DNA from: Tubulanus polymorphus
Taxonomy: Eukaryota > Animalia > Nemertea
NCBI RefSeq assembly: GCF_964204645.1
Contig: NC_134026.1
Span: 27,066,150 to 27,130,149, forward strand
Length of the DNA stretch: 64,000 bases
Direction: 5' to 3'
How positions within the stretch are numbered: the stretch's first letter is position 1; every line of letters starts with the position of its first letter. This document shows, in pieces, positions 1 to 13,100 of this stretch. The translations under genes were made by a program, and so were the position numbers. The notes below the pieces were generated by a model. The model did no database searches. It was not told the origin of the DNA and saw only the letters and a program-made list of their open reading frames with translations.

Positions 1-1470
1 ATGTTCAGTCTGTCATTCACTTGTAAAGTTGCTACACATCGAGAAACTCACAAACTATAGTAAGTTTCTGCGAGAACAAGCATAGGCAATTAGTCAGAAC
101 TATTGACCACTGAAGTAGAGATATCAATACACGAGTTACTTAATCAGTTTTATCAGCGGAAACATGTTACTGAAAGTGAAAAATGTCAATCATACTTATT
201 CCAAAAGTCAAAATTTACAATATTCCTATGAAAGAAAAATTGAATCGTTCGTTCTATACTGGTTGCAGATATTCAACGTACAAACACGTCAGGAAATAGC
301 CAGTACGAAGCACTCAACTCAGTAGTAGTAACTTGTTGTTTATTTTCCAGCTACTAACTGGACTGCTTTGGTTACAAAATGGAGACTAAAATTGCATCTT
401 ATTTCTAAACCTTCTGACTTGAGTGTAAACTTGACATGCAGCTCAGAAAGTACTGATAATAAAGCTATAGCTGCATCTCAAAATACCTCAGTTCGATCAG
501 CATGAATTAAAATTGGATATTTTTCTAATTGATTTTGGAGACTTAAGTGAGAATTGTTTATATCATCAAACAGTGTCTTATTTGTCATAGCCTTTACAAA
601 TAGATAATAATGTGTTAACAACTCGGGCGGGTCTTGTGAAATACAAATCTCAACATTTCAATTGTTTTTCCAGGAACTAATTCTATTAAAAAATACCCTT
701 TATCTGGCGAGATATGGATTTAGCAATTAGCAAAAATTCAACAATAACCACTGGCCAAGTTAAACATAATAATCTGTCACATAGAAACACCTTACAGGCC
801 ACAGGGTGTACACAATCACCCATAATTACTTCACACATATGGTGTCAAAACTACCTTCTTAATGACCAATTAACAATGTGAATTAATTGCAGTTACCTGG
901 AGAGATATAGCAATAATGTGTATAGATAATTAGGCTTGATTATCACAAGGCATTAGCATGTCAATTTTATGCAAAAATTTATATTAATATATTGCTTTCA
1001 AAACGATTAAGAATTTTTCAGGAACAGCAGCAAGTGGACACTATTCATTGAAATATCTGTTGTCAGATATTGCTCTCAAGTTGATAAATGTTCCATCTAA
1101 AATAATCTGAATTAAGCAGTCTACTGTATTGCATATTTCTCAATATGAAAAAAAAGAAGCTTAGATGATGTTTAGATCGAGGAAAGGTCTGATTGTTAAA
1201 TGCTGATTTTTACTTCATAATTCTAAATTTAAGCCAAGACAAGTTAATCATTCACTTTCCCGCAGCTTTCAAACTTTTCTTGAATTGTAACAATTGAAAT
1301 AAAATCTCAACTAACCTAGTTGTCAACATAATTTAGGTATAAATATATGGTTAAAGTTACTCTAAATGACTACATCATGAAGTAGAGTGATGACAAACAA
1401 TAGCCGGCGGGCAGGTGAACCAAATAATAAGACACATTGTCCCGGGGGCAATAAAACCAAAACAACCTAC

Positions 1471-1522
1471 CTTGTAATAAACCACAAAGCAAAATCCACC
1501 AAACTATCATCGCTGCATTCAT
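1471..1522 (-). CDS. Probable first coding exon (signal peptide) of a secreted or membrane protein continuing left of the window
   Basis: Minus strand ATG reads MNAAMIVWWILLCGLLQ, followed by a phase-1 donor G|GTAGGT. A hydrophobic signal-like peptide ending at a phase-1 intron is typical of such exons. No downstream exon identified. Confidence 0.45.
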
Positions 1523-2552
1523 GTTTCTTGTAATTATCAATTATAAAGTTTTTTCCAACATCGGTATCTCGTTCTTTCAGTCAACTATATCCCTGGGACA
1601 TTCAACTGTAACTTATCCAAAACTCGTCAATTTTCCCTCCGCGAAGGTGCGTCTGCATTGTGGAGCTGATCTCAGCCCAATAACCAGCCATGGATATCCA
1701 CACGAGAAAGTGTGAAATTAATAGGGAGACATCTAGAGACAAAACTGCGAACTACGACTGAATAGCACACACTCACAGTAAGTCAGCAATTGATGATTAA
1801 CTGAGTGGACAATGAATGAAAGGTGGATATACTGATTAATACAATTCCTATAGTCTCCTTTCATTTAAGACAATCAAACATAAAATTAATTTCACGCATA
1901 CAATGAAATGCTTTTTCAGTATTTATTTCATGAATAACAAAACAAAAACAAACATTTAATTCACGATTTGACAATATTTTCTCATCGATAAAATTGTTTT
2001 TGTATGGAAACGCGAAACAACTTAAAAATAGGTATCGCGTAAACTTAAAAAAATTTAGAACTAATTTATTAGTTGTAAAACCCATGTTTGAGGACGAGGT
2101 GTCAGTCTAAATGTATCAACGTCCTCAAATAAGGACTTTGTTCAGTATGCTTTGTGATAAAGATTATGATCTTACTATTGAATAAATAAATAAATGGCAC
2201 TATCCCATAGATTGTTATCCTATCATAAACAGTGATAATGCAACCAAAACTAATTTCAATAATTAGATAATTCACTTGTTTGCTCATGTCAGTCAATCAA
2301 CATTACAGCATTAGATTCATTATTTAGTCATATATATTTAGCTTACGCCGTTATGTCCCTTCCAGTCCTGACGCCACTGCAAAACAGTCTGGAATCATTA
2401 TCCACAAGAAGGTTTCCGATTTTCCATATTTGATGCATTTGCATCCGATGATTGCACAATTTTACTGCTATCTATTAATCCAGATGCACATTATAATCCA
2501 TGGAGATAGTCATCACAATAAGTGTATGTTTATATTAGAGTTTTATCCACTG

Positions 2553-4401
2553 CTATAAGTTGTATTTAACTAGGAAATATAGATCCGCAAAAAATACGAC
2601 TGTTCCAAATACCATACCAACGCATAATTGCTAGACAAAAAGAAAACAGAGTATCAGAGTATATTTGATCAGAATAATAGTAGGCTACTCGTTCAGATTG
2701 TGAATACTTTATATATTATAGATCAGTGAATTTAGATTTTTAAGCCAGGGCCCAGTTTCACAAAAAAGTTTAACTCAAATTTTTGGTGTAATTGCCATTG
2801 GTTACTTCATGTTTTCAATGAGGACAACAATTCAAACTAAACCGTTTTAGGCTTAAACTTTTTCGTGAAACTCGGCCCAGGGGACACGCTATGCGTTTAT
2901 CATATACGAATTATATGAATTATGGCAAATTTTGTATCTTTAAGCAGCAAGTGCACTTTCCTGATATAGGTGACTGTTAGACGATTTTATCAGCTATGCT
3001 CTATGAGATTTTGGTTGCAACCAGCATTGACACTAAGGGGAGTTGACAATACACTAATCTGTTATTGACCAAATAGTGTGTCTCTGGCATAAGTGTTTTA
3101 TATCAATGTGTTGATGCGATTTAACTGGTTAAATGTGGTAAAATGTGTTAAATGATACGTTTATATGTGAACATTTTGTGCAAAATTATGTCATCAGATG
3201 TCCAGTGCGCCTAGCCCTTGATTAACAGTCTCCTCTCCACCTCATAGCCTCGCCACTCCAACAAAAACCACTCCAACAAAAACATTTAACAATTGATTAG
3301 GTGCTAAGGAAGTAAAATTTACTTACAATTGGCACATTTGGAAGAACCATTGAATATTCTGTTGCCTTGTAACCAAATGCAAATGCTCCACCGATTGTGA
3401 GAAGAAAGTTGAAAACAGCAATCAACTGAGAATTCATATTTTTTGCTGAAGAACAAAAAATACAACTTGATTATCAAATATTAGTCGAATCAAAATAGCA
3501 AGGTAAGTAATATATATAAAGGAATGAATATTACCATCTTGTCCAAAAGTGTTTTCTTTTTTCTCCAATATCTGAAATGGATAGAAAGTAAAATATCTCA
3601 TGAACTATTAAATGTTGCATTATTCCAGTATATCAGTTATTTGGTTCTTATTTGCACTCACATGATGGCTGACATTTTTTGTCATTTCTTTGTATTCTCT
3701 ATTTGCTTGTTCAGCTTTAAGTCTTTGAATGCGGGCCTCCAATTCAGGATTCTGTGTTTAAAAAACAACATATCAGAAAAACCACAGGGACTAGACACAA
3801 AAGGATTTTGACCCACGTATCCTAGGTACTATAAAAAGTCATTTTATTTACTAGGATACTGGGGTCAAAATCCTTTTGTGTCAAGTCCCTGTGAGAAAAA
3901 CAGAAAAATAAATTTCACTTCTGAAATTTTTTAATCGATATTGATCATTATTCATTCTTTCATTTGAATTCGGGCAGACACTCTGCTTTGACCTACCCGC
4001 GGTGGAAGTTCAAATTTCGGAATTTTTATTTCACAGCCTTCGAGCAATTCATGTAAATAAGGAACTTGTTTATTTTCATCTGCAAGTAAAGATATTAGGT
4101 ATGGGGAAATATGGTACGATGATCAGACCTATGTATAACAATCACAATTTCATTGAATTTGATTGAAAGCATCTACTCTGGCTCGCCTCTGCTCTGCTGC
4201 ATTCGCACCTTGTTTGTGAATACGTTTAATTTCATCTCGAATTTCCACGACTGAATCAAATGATATAGTTTTTTGGTTGGGGTCGGTATAAAGCTTCATT
4301 TTGGCTTTAAATTCTTCGGAGGTACATGATGAATCTATCAAATCTTCAATGATTTTCACGATATTTTTCGATATATAAACCTCTTTCATAGGCGCAGCCA
4401 T
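2553..4401 (-). CDS. TMEM199: TMEM199/VMA12 V-ATPase assembly factor, 6 coding exons (4209-4401, 3997-4079, 3662-3751, 3535-3571, 3327-3445, 2553-2630)
   Basis: GT-AG exons join in frame: MAAPMKEV...YLHELLEGC..LPPR-NPELEARIQRLKAEQANREYKEMTKNV...QLIAVFNFLLTIGGAFAFGY...VFFADLYFLVKYNL*. The Vma12 motifs and two TM helices are recognisable. Confidence 0.9.
2749..2877. mobile_element. MITE, PIF/Harbinger-like, in TMEM199 last intron
   Basis: Imperfect TIRs GGCCCAGTTTCACAAAAAAGTTTAA / TTAAACTTTTTCGTGAAACTCGGCC, flanked by a 3-bp CAG duplication (2746-2748, 2878-2880). Confidence 0.7.
3783..3893. mobile_element. Foldback MITE with 8-bp TSD (hAT/P-like) in TMEM199 intron 2
   Basis: Long TIRs CACAGGGACTAGACACAAAAGGATTTTGACCC...GGGTCAAAATCCTTTTGTGTCAAGTCCCTGTG; TSD AGAAAAAC at 3775-3782 and 3894-3901. 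Confidence 0.85.
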
Positions 4402-4632
4402 CTTCCAAATGGAACGGATGGCTCCGAGTATAACCAAAGTAGGATATCCAAATGGCTCCAGCAGCCCTTTTTTATATCAGATCAGATGTTATATCTTTAT
4501 TGAAATGTGTCTGTTCCATATCCAATATAGGTATTCCATAGGATAATTTATATTTTACATAAGGATCAATGAATGTCCTAGCTTCCGTTACAGGTCATTT
4601 CCCGGAGCCACCCCTAACAAGCTACTCTAAAA
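4402..4632. promoter_or_regulatory. Bidirectional promoter region TMEM199/SFSWAP
   Basis: Divergent ATGs are only 231 bp apart. YY1-like AAGATGGC / AAAATGGC sequences overlap both start codons. Confidence 0.6.
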
Positions 4633-7600
4633 ATGGCGTCCAAAAAGAAGAAGGTACGGAACCCTCACAACCTTCCCGAATTGCGGCGAAATGAGGAGGA
4701 TGATCAGCTTTTAGTGTTTGGATACGCGTGTAAATTATTTCGTGACGATGCCAGGGCAGAAGAAGTCAACTCGGCGAAGACGTTGATACCGTGGATGGGC
4801 GACACACGAGTAATGATTGACAGGTCTGTGAAACCTGCCAGTCCATCTTCACACATCTCGATTTCCGAGTTTTATAAATCAAAGGTTTTAACTTGTGAAA
4901 TGCTTTGCTCTTTTCCTTTAAATATATAAAAGTTCTAGATTAACAGGTAGAGAGGCAGTTGGAATGTGTCTCACTGTCTTCATCGATCGACAGATCAAAT
5001 CATTACAAACTATCAAAAATCTCGAGACGAGCTGTTTTCGCTACTGACACTGAGTGTCTGGATCTAAAACTGTATTATATGTCGGGTTTGTATTTAAGAA
5101 ATGCCATTCTATTGACATTTCTACCATGCCCACAATCGGTCTCGGTGTAACAAGCTGAGAAAGAAGAAATATTTTAATTTTAGTGGAGTATCTCGTTATT
5201 TTGGGGTTGTTTTGTTGTATTTTTGTAAAGGAATTTCCAGAAGCCTCATCTGTTTGACATGATATTTCCTCTACAAGCTTCTTGTCAAAAATGAGGTGGT
5301 TGGACTAACAACTGTATTGACTGAATGACAATGGTTTGTTTTTTAGAGTCTTTTCGTCCTATTGGTGTAAACTAGCCTACGATACCTCTAGCAGAAGAGT
5401 GGAATTTTTACTTGGTGAATCTTTGTTTTCGCAGGTACGATGGCCGCGGACACCTGTACGATCTTACTCCGTTCGATTCTGATAAGGTCAATAAAGATAG
5501 TTCTTATCAACTGTCTGAGGAAGAGAAACGAATTGAAGCGCTTTGCGACGAGGAACGTTACCTAGAGCTTCATACTGATCTCATGGAAAAAGCGGCTTAT
5601 GAAGGTATATATTAAAGTGCTGTAGTCATTTCATAAGAAGTTGAAATAAAAATACGATGTGAAATTTTAACTGGATCGTGAATTCATAACTGATTGCTAA
5701 TTTCATCCTAGTTTTAGTCTCTGATTTAAGTCTTATTTGATTAATATTTTTCAGAGGAAGAACTAAAACGTCTTAATGAAGCTCTGATGGAGGACAACAG
5801 CTACGGGGCTGTGGCATTCAACTATGAGGATACTGAGCTGAACAAAGAACAGAATGAGGAAGAAGAGAAAGAAAGCACTGAAAGCGATTCTGATGAAGAA
5901 AATGAACCGTTTGTTTGTCCACCTACTCTGAAAAATCTACTACCTGAAGACATGTATCAGGTGAGTATCTGACCGTGTAAAATAACTCAATATAATTACA
6001 GCTGTATGAGCCTAATTATAAAATACTGACATTTCCTATTAATTTTCCAGCCTCCTTCGATGAAGATACACGCTATCATTGAAAAGACAGCATCGTTCAT
6101 TGGCACGCATGGACCACAGATGGAGATCATCATAAAGATGAAACAGACAAATAATCCGCTATTTCAATTTTTGGTTTTCGGAAATGCGTTGAATCCTTAC
6201 TATAAATTCCTGGTTTCTCTCATCAAAAAGAAAATGTATGTTCCTATACCAAAAGAAGGCAAGCGAAAGCGAAAAATAAGTTCAGGTAGGTCTGTTTCAA
6301 TGACAGATAATACAATCCGTATATTACAAACAATGTTTTACTTATTCTGAGATATAAATGAATAAGACTGAGTTTTCTCAAAACTCTTTTTCAGCGTCTC
6401 AAGATAGTGAAAGTGGTGATGAAAATGAAGGAAGCTATTTACATCCGAGTTTGTTGGGAAGCAGAACGAAAACTGCAGCACATAATCTCAATGTCCAGGT
6501 TGGTTATGATCTAAGAATAATGTTATCTGTGCTTGAAAATATCGTTTTCGAGAATTTTAAGAAAGAAAATTTATTTCAGAAATACACATTATCATCTGAA
6601 CAAGTAAAAGATACACGATTTGCTAAATTACTCAGTAGAATGAATGAAAATGCTGGACGTGAATCCCCCGGGTAAATTCTCTGAAAAAGCCTCATATGTA
6701 CAACAACTGCGATGTATCATCATTTATACAGTGATTTTGTGTTATTTCTACAGGATCTCGAACAACAATTCAGACAGTAATTCCGGGTATATGACGCCAC
6801 CTATAGTATCATCATCGTCGTCTTATATTGAAAGTACGTCTAGTTATGGACAGCCTCCCCCACCAGGAACTGAAACAACCGTACTTCCTCTAGAACAATG
6901 CCAAGAATACGGGTAAAGTTTGAATGACATTTATTGCGACTTATTAAAATTCTAAGGATTATTGAACTTATTGATTGATACCATTTTGTATTGTAGAGAT
7001 ATAGAAGCATCACTGCCGCCTATAATTCCTCCTACCGATATGATTCCACCACCTCCTGACATGCAGCCTATAATAGACAAAATGGCCGACTATGTTATTC
7101 GAAATGGCATTGAATTCGAAGAGTCGATGCGTCGAAAGAACGACGTCCGTTTTGAGTTTCTCATACCCGGCCATTTCCATCACAGTTATTACTCGTTTAA
7201 AAAACAGATGAAAGAACACGAAGCTCTCAGAGAACGTCTGATTAAAGAGCGCGAGGAAGCTTTACGTAAAGAGATCGCGGAGCGGAAGGAAAGGGATCGT
7301 CTAGCTTTGGTCAAGAGACAAAGAGAAGATGAAATCAGAAGAGTGAAGCAATTAGCGGCGGTAGAAGATGCCGAAAGAGAAGCTCTGATAGCTGCTGGAA
7401 AAGGTAACATCTCTTATTAAGCAGTTGTATTTTAGTTTTGCTTTTCATGATGTGTATATTGTTTGCCCGTTTTGTTACTTCAGCAAGCGTCTCATTTTCC
7501 ATCAAACCCAAAGATACCGAATCTGTTCCTTTGGAGAAGAAACCAGTATTTACCTATGAAACCAGTGATGAAGAAGGTAAATTATCAATTCGCTGTAATA

Positions 7601-9511
7601 TAATATCGTGTGGTATCAATGATATAAACTGCGAAAAAAATGTGAATTTTTAAGGTGAAGGTATTGACAAGCATTTGCCAGAAATGTCGATAACTGAGGA
7701 AATGAAAGTTGAGCCTGTTATTTTACAACAACCCGAATACATTATGTCTGAAACTAGTCAAGATACAGATGCATCGCAAGAAATTCTTGAGAAAAGATAT
7801 GGTAAGTTCTAAGTCCCCTGTCTTTTCTGCATTTCATAGCAAATTCCTCAATTTTGAAATGTAAAGAAATGCATGATTTCTCATAAATCTTAGCTGAAGA
7901 AAAACTGAAGGATAAACTAGCGCTAGCTGCCAGGGAAAAACTAGTTCAGGCGACTAAAGAGAAACAACTTCAAGTGGAAAGAAAACGTAAGGCTGCTCTG
8001 TTCATAAACATGTTGAAGACATCAAACAGTAAAAACGAAAAACCCACAGAAGAAAAATCTGAAGTGGCGGTACCAGATATTTCAAAGGTGGTCGAGAACG
8101 TTGTCAGTTCACTAATCGGTGCATCAAATGAGAATCCCTCATCGAGTCCAATATATACAGAACCGACGACACTGGTTCCACACAATTCACAACTTACACG
8201 GCGATTCAGCGTACCTGAAAATAGATCTTTAACCGGTTATCATCGCAGTCGAACGTCGCGTTCGCCTGAACGCAGTAGAAATTCACGTTCACCAAGAAAA
8301 CGACGTTCAAGAACACCGCCTTCTTCGTATCACGTCTCTTCGTACAGGTAAACTATATACGCTGTCACTATTACAGGGATGAGATGCATGTGAAAAATGT
8401 GAAATCTTTTGTGTGAAAAATGTGAACATTTTCGAAAATATTTGAATTTTTTTTTTGAATATTCTTCGTCAGAAAATATATATTATGTAGTTTTCTTTAT
8501 AGGCTGTATATGTCCTTTTATCTCTGGGCTCTGTTAAGACACTAGCTAGTACATGTACCGGTACATGTTCATAGTCTAGTCTGATTTGTTTACCCTAATT
8601 ACAGGTCATAATTGTAACATTGTCTTTAACATGTTGAACTATGTATAACCTCCTCAAAAATGAAGAAATTTCATTAGTTACATGTTCCTTTTGAAAAGTT
8701 TTCTGTGGAAAATCTGGTATCCTTGGTATCAAGAAATGTGCAAAAAAAGAGGAAAATTGTGAAAAATTTTTCAGAATCTTGTATCTCATCCCTGCTATTT
8801 AATAATACGTTATGTTGCACATATTTTGATTATTGTATTTTTAGATCAAGGTCAAGATCGAAATCTCCACGGGTTTGGCGAAGATCGAAATCTAAAGAGA
8901 AAGGTCGTCTGCCAGCCAGCTACGAATCTCAACGCGGTAAGAGCTCTGCATACGAACGAAAACAAAGATCACGTTCGAGATCAAGAACGCGTAGCCATCA
9001 CTCGAAATCGAAACACAAAACTAAATCACCGTCAAAACGTCATCGATCGAGGTCCAGATCGAGGTCCCGTAAGAGTAAACGGTCGAAATCTCCAACGAGA
9101 AGTAGAAATGGTAGCAGTAAATCTAATAAAAGCGAGAAGTATCGAAAAAATAAATCGACCAATGAGGATACAAGGAATAACATAACCGAAGCTGATTCGG
9201 AGTAAGTTTATCAACAAAGTTTTACCATATTGAAAAACTTACTTCTCAATTAATGTTTCATCTTATTTTATAGTTCTCCCCTACCTAATTTATCTGATGT
9301 AGAAGAACAAAATGATATGGATACTGGTGCAGAGAATAAATTATCTAAAGTAAGTAGGATCGGAATGCTCTGAAACATGATCGTGTCGCATTCATAAGTA
9401 TTATAAGTGTAATTTGTTTTGCAGGAGGAAATCATGAATAAAATGAAAGTATTTCGTGAAAAGGTGCTAAAAGAGGAAGATGATACAAATCATGAAAAGG
9501 ATGGTAGCTGA
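4633..9511 (+). CDS. SFSWAP: Splicing factor suppressor of white-apricot homolog (multi-exon)
   Basis: N-terminal DRY/EERY domain ([14 protein letters not shown]...[10 protein letters not shown]...CDEERY), two SURP/SWAP domains (IIEKTASFI..., IIDKMADYV...), ERKRKAALF motif, RS-rich exons at 7974-9200, last exon ending TGA at 9509-9511. Confidence 0.93.
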
Positions 9512-10187
9512 TACGCTAACTCTTTGTCTCATTTCATCTGTATATAAGCGATTTCCATGTAATAATAAAATGATTTAATATTAAATACTTTATTTTGACT
9601 ATAGTTTTATGAAGATATGCAGGTATCAATCTACTGTCTGGATCTACCCACTGACATAATGGTCAGGCTGTTCCTCCATTCCATAGTTCGTAGCCTTTTT
9701 TGGGGCAGAGAAACCCGAGGAAGGGCAGTTCTATTGGAAATAATTTGATGTATGGCTCTGATGGACAGAAAAACTTATTTTTCCTGTAAGAATATATCAC
9801 TGAATAAACTGGTACTGCTAGAGACCGAGTCTACTGTAGTACAGCAGATTCTAGTTACAAGACCAATAAATTCCGGTTAGGATAATATGGAATATGGAGC
9901 TGGGATAGGTTGTCATCATGATAAATCTAGGCAAGAAAATTTGCATTGGTCTGGGGCTAATGATAATCTGTGGCAATCGACTCAGGGGTAAACAGTCTAC
10001 TCTAGTCTTGATCAGAGACATTGCTCATTTTGCTTTGAAGCAGCATTTCTTGTGGAATAATCCAGAAAATCACCAGTGCAAGAGAAAGGAACAAATGGAA
10101 AAATTAGTTTCTTCTAAAAGAAAGTGTAAATTTAATTGAAAAAAATATATACAAACAATATGTAAGATAAACGGATAGTGAAGCATT

Positions 10188-13100
10188 TCACATTTCATTA
10201 AGTAGTTTCAGCAGCTCATCACACGATTCTATTATGGATTTATTTTTCGCCAGAGTCTGAAATTATAAGAAATTAAAATCAGACATGTCGTGCTCAGTTG
10301 ATGATGATTAAAACCCCAGAATGTGTAGAATCAGTACGATTATGTCCTAAGCATGGGAATATCAATCAATGTATTTACTTGTTTTATTTCAGTGATGTAC
10401 AGATCCAAACGCGAAACTTCTGCTTCTGCCTTTTGCCAGTTTTCTTCTAAGGTTTTCATCTGAAACATACGATTCGAAAAAAAACAGATCTAAACATTAC
10501 TTACTGAAGAACAATTAATTAACATAATCAATCATGAATACCGGTACATACTCTTCTCTGAGCCTTTGTTACAGTTTCCTTGTGCATATCTTCTTGTTCG
10601 TAATATCTTACGCGTGATCGTTTTAGCTGAATACACAAATAAAAGAGTCAATTACCAAACGACTATAAATATACATATCATATCAGCCGGAACTGTCGAC
10701 ATAGGCCATGCTAAGTGCATGTATTGGCTGTCTAATAAGCAAAGTGAAGAGATTTATTGGGACTGTTTCTACATATGCAATGATACAAGCTGAAGCATAG
10801 TCGACTGTACCTCTTTCTTCAGTTGAATTAACTCTACAACATGTGATTCAGGATTTCCATCTTTGGTCGAAGTCACCAAATCATTCAAGGCACTTTCTGC
10901 GAACTCTTTGTCAGCTGCGAGTTGTTTATTTTCTTCAACAAACGATTCTAGGCTTCGACGTAATTTCTGCAGCATGAAACCGATGTGAAGCAAATTATAT
11001 GTGTATTTTGATAACCAATATCAAAATAATACCAGTATGAAAACCTACATTGATAGTAAAGTCCTGTTCAAGAATTGATTCAAGTTTTCCTTGTAGTTCT
11101 TTAATTTTCGATTCAGACTGAGTAAGTAACTGCTTTGATTTTTCATGAGCAGTTTCCGTTTGTAGCAACTGAACGCCCGCGTCAATCGCTGATTTTTCCA
11201 TCATTGATAGCTTATCCTTCAGCTCATTCATGATGTAAGTTTGCTCCTTTTTGTAGGTCTCCAATTCATAAGTAAGCTGATCTCTATATACCGGTACGTG
11301 AATATAAATAAAAAGATAGATATAATATACGGTGTAAATCAAAACAAAATCCGTACAATGAAACAACAAAATAATATCAATGATATTTACCTCTCATTCT
11401 GTAGATAGTGAATGTCCTCCACACGAGCTTTGTCACATTGTTGTATGATAAAGACTAGTGATTTTACCATATTATGGACTTCCTCAACATCATCAGTATA
11501 TTTCAGATCTTGATCTGTATTTTCTGAGTTAGAACTGGGCATTGATCCTTGAACGGGATTAAGAACAGATGATCGCTTCTGGACCACCATGAATGCACTT
11601 TCTCGCTTTGTATTAACTGTTGTTGCTGACGACTGTATTTCATCTAAAATTCTGTGATCATTATTGAATTCTTCCTCTACTAAATCGCTGTCCTCTATTG
11701 ACCCAACTCCACTTATGTTGAATAATGTAGCTTCGGGATCATTATCTTCAGCGAGGACGTGATCATCCGCCGTATGCATTGTATCGATGGAAGTTTCTAA
11801 TGTTTTGAGATCTCGTAAAGAATGCCATTCATCGTTATCAGAACACTGAGATGGCGAGGGATGACAAGTCTGAGCAGTTAAAACAGCCGATACAAATGAT
11901 TTTCCTGTCGACTTAGGTGGAGCTGACACAGTTTCAGAGGGCTCATTCACATGCTGCAAGATGGACATATCCAAGTATCTATCTACTGCTTTTACTTCAA
12001 GTATTAAGATTAAGAAATTATTATACTACGTACAGGTATATATATAAATACTTACTATTTCTACTTGTAATGCATTAGCTTTAATTGAAGCTTTTTCATA
12101 CAGTTGGTTAACATATTGATAAAGGAATGATACATTGACTTTAGTTGTTTCCAGTTCATTCATTGTTTCAGTCAATTTTTCTCTGAAAATTTCATGAAAA
12201 GTAGGACCCATGTGAGCTGCAATGTTTTCATGATTACAATGCGTCATTTTATAAAGCCCAATCATAATCACATACCTAAGATCCTTCACCATATTTTCTA
12301 AATTTGTGCATTCTAATGTCTTGTTAGCGATTATGGCATTGCACCGAGCTAGTTCTAGTTGCGTATTGTTACATCCTCGCTCAACTTCTTGCAATGACTC
12401 TTGTAACATTCGATTTTCTGCATCCAGAAATTCATTGCTTTCCACCATCTGCACTTGATTCCAATTAAACTGAAATGAAATATAATATTCAGCATTCAGC
12501 ATTAACAATTCACTGAAACATGAATGTTATTCTGGTAGAAAACGGTCTTCAACCGACTTGTTGCGCTTGTTTCTTATAACGTTCCAATTCTTCAGACATT
12601 TGTTTATGTGCGACGCGTAACAATTCAGATTCCTCTTTGGCTTGATGGACAAACTCTTCATTCTCCACTTTCTGTTTAGTAAATTCTTTATACTAATTAG
12701 GAGAAATATAAATTGATATATCGACTATTAACTGTAATTAGATGATAAAATCTAACAAGAGGCAAGTGTATTAAAAATGTACTAGTACCTGGGTTTCATA
12801 GTGACCTTGCTGTAATTGAAGTAATTCAGTTTGCTCTTTAATGCGCCGATGTCTTTCATCAAAATCATTCTCAACTTTGTCCTGAAAAATATGTTAACGA
12901 GGCTCTTTTCAATTCAAACAATAGTCCCTATTTATATTCAAGACAAGTCTTTCACAATGGCAAAAATCACTGGTACCTGCAAAATAGAAGCTTTTTCTAT
13001 TGCAGAAGCCAGGTTATTATAAACCCTCAATTCTTCCTCTAGTTCGGCGATCTTTAGCTGAGATTTTTCAAAATGTGGACGATAGTCATTCCTAGCATAT

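Noticed and set aside
3253-3283. CCACTCCAACAAAAA direct duplication
   Set aside because: A simple local tandem duplication in an intron with no further structure.
7010-9217. Antisense and alternative-frame ORFs over SFSWAP (similar ones over SPAG5, IP6K and the transposase)
   Set aside because: Shadows of real coding exons.
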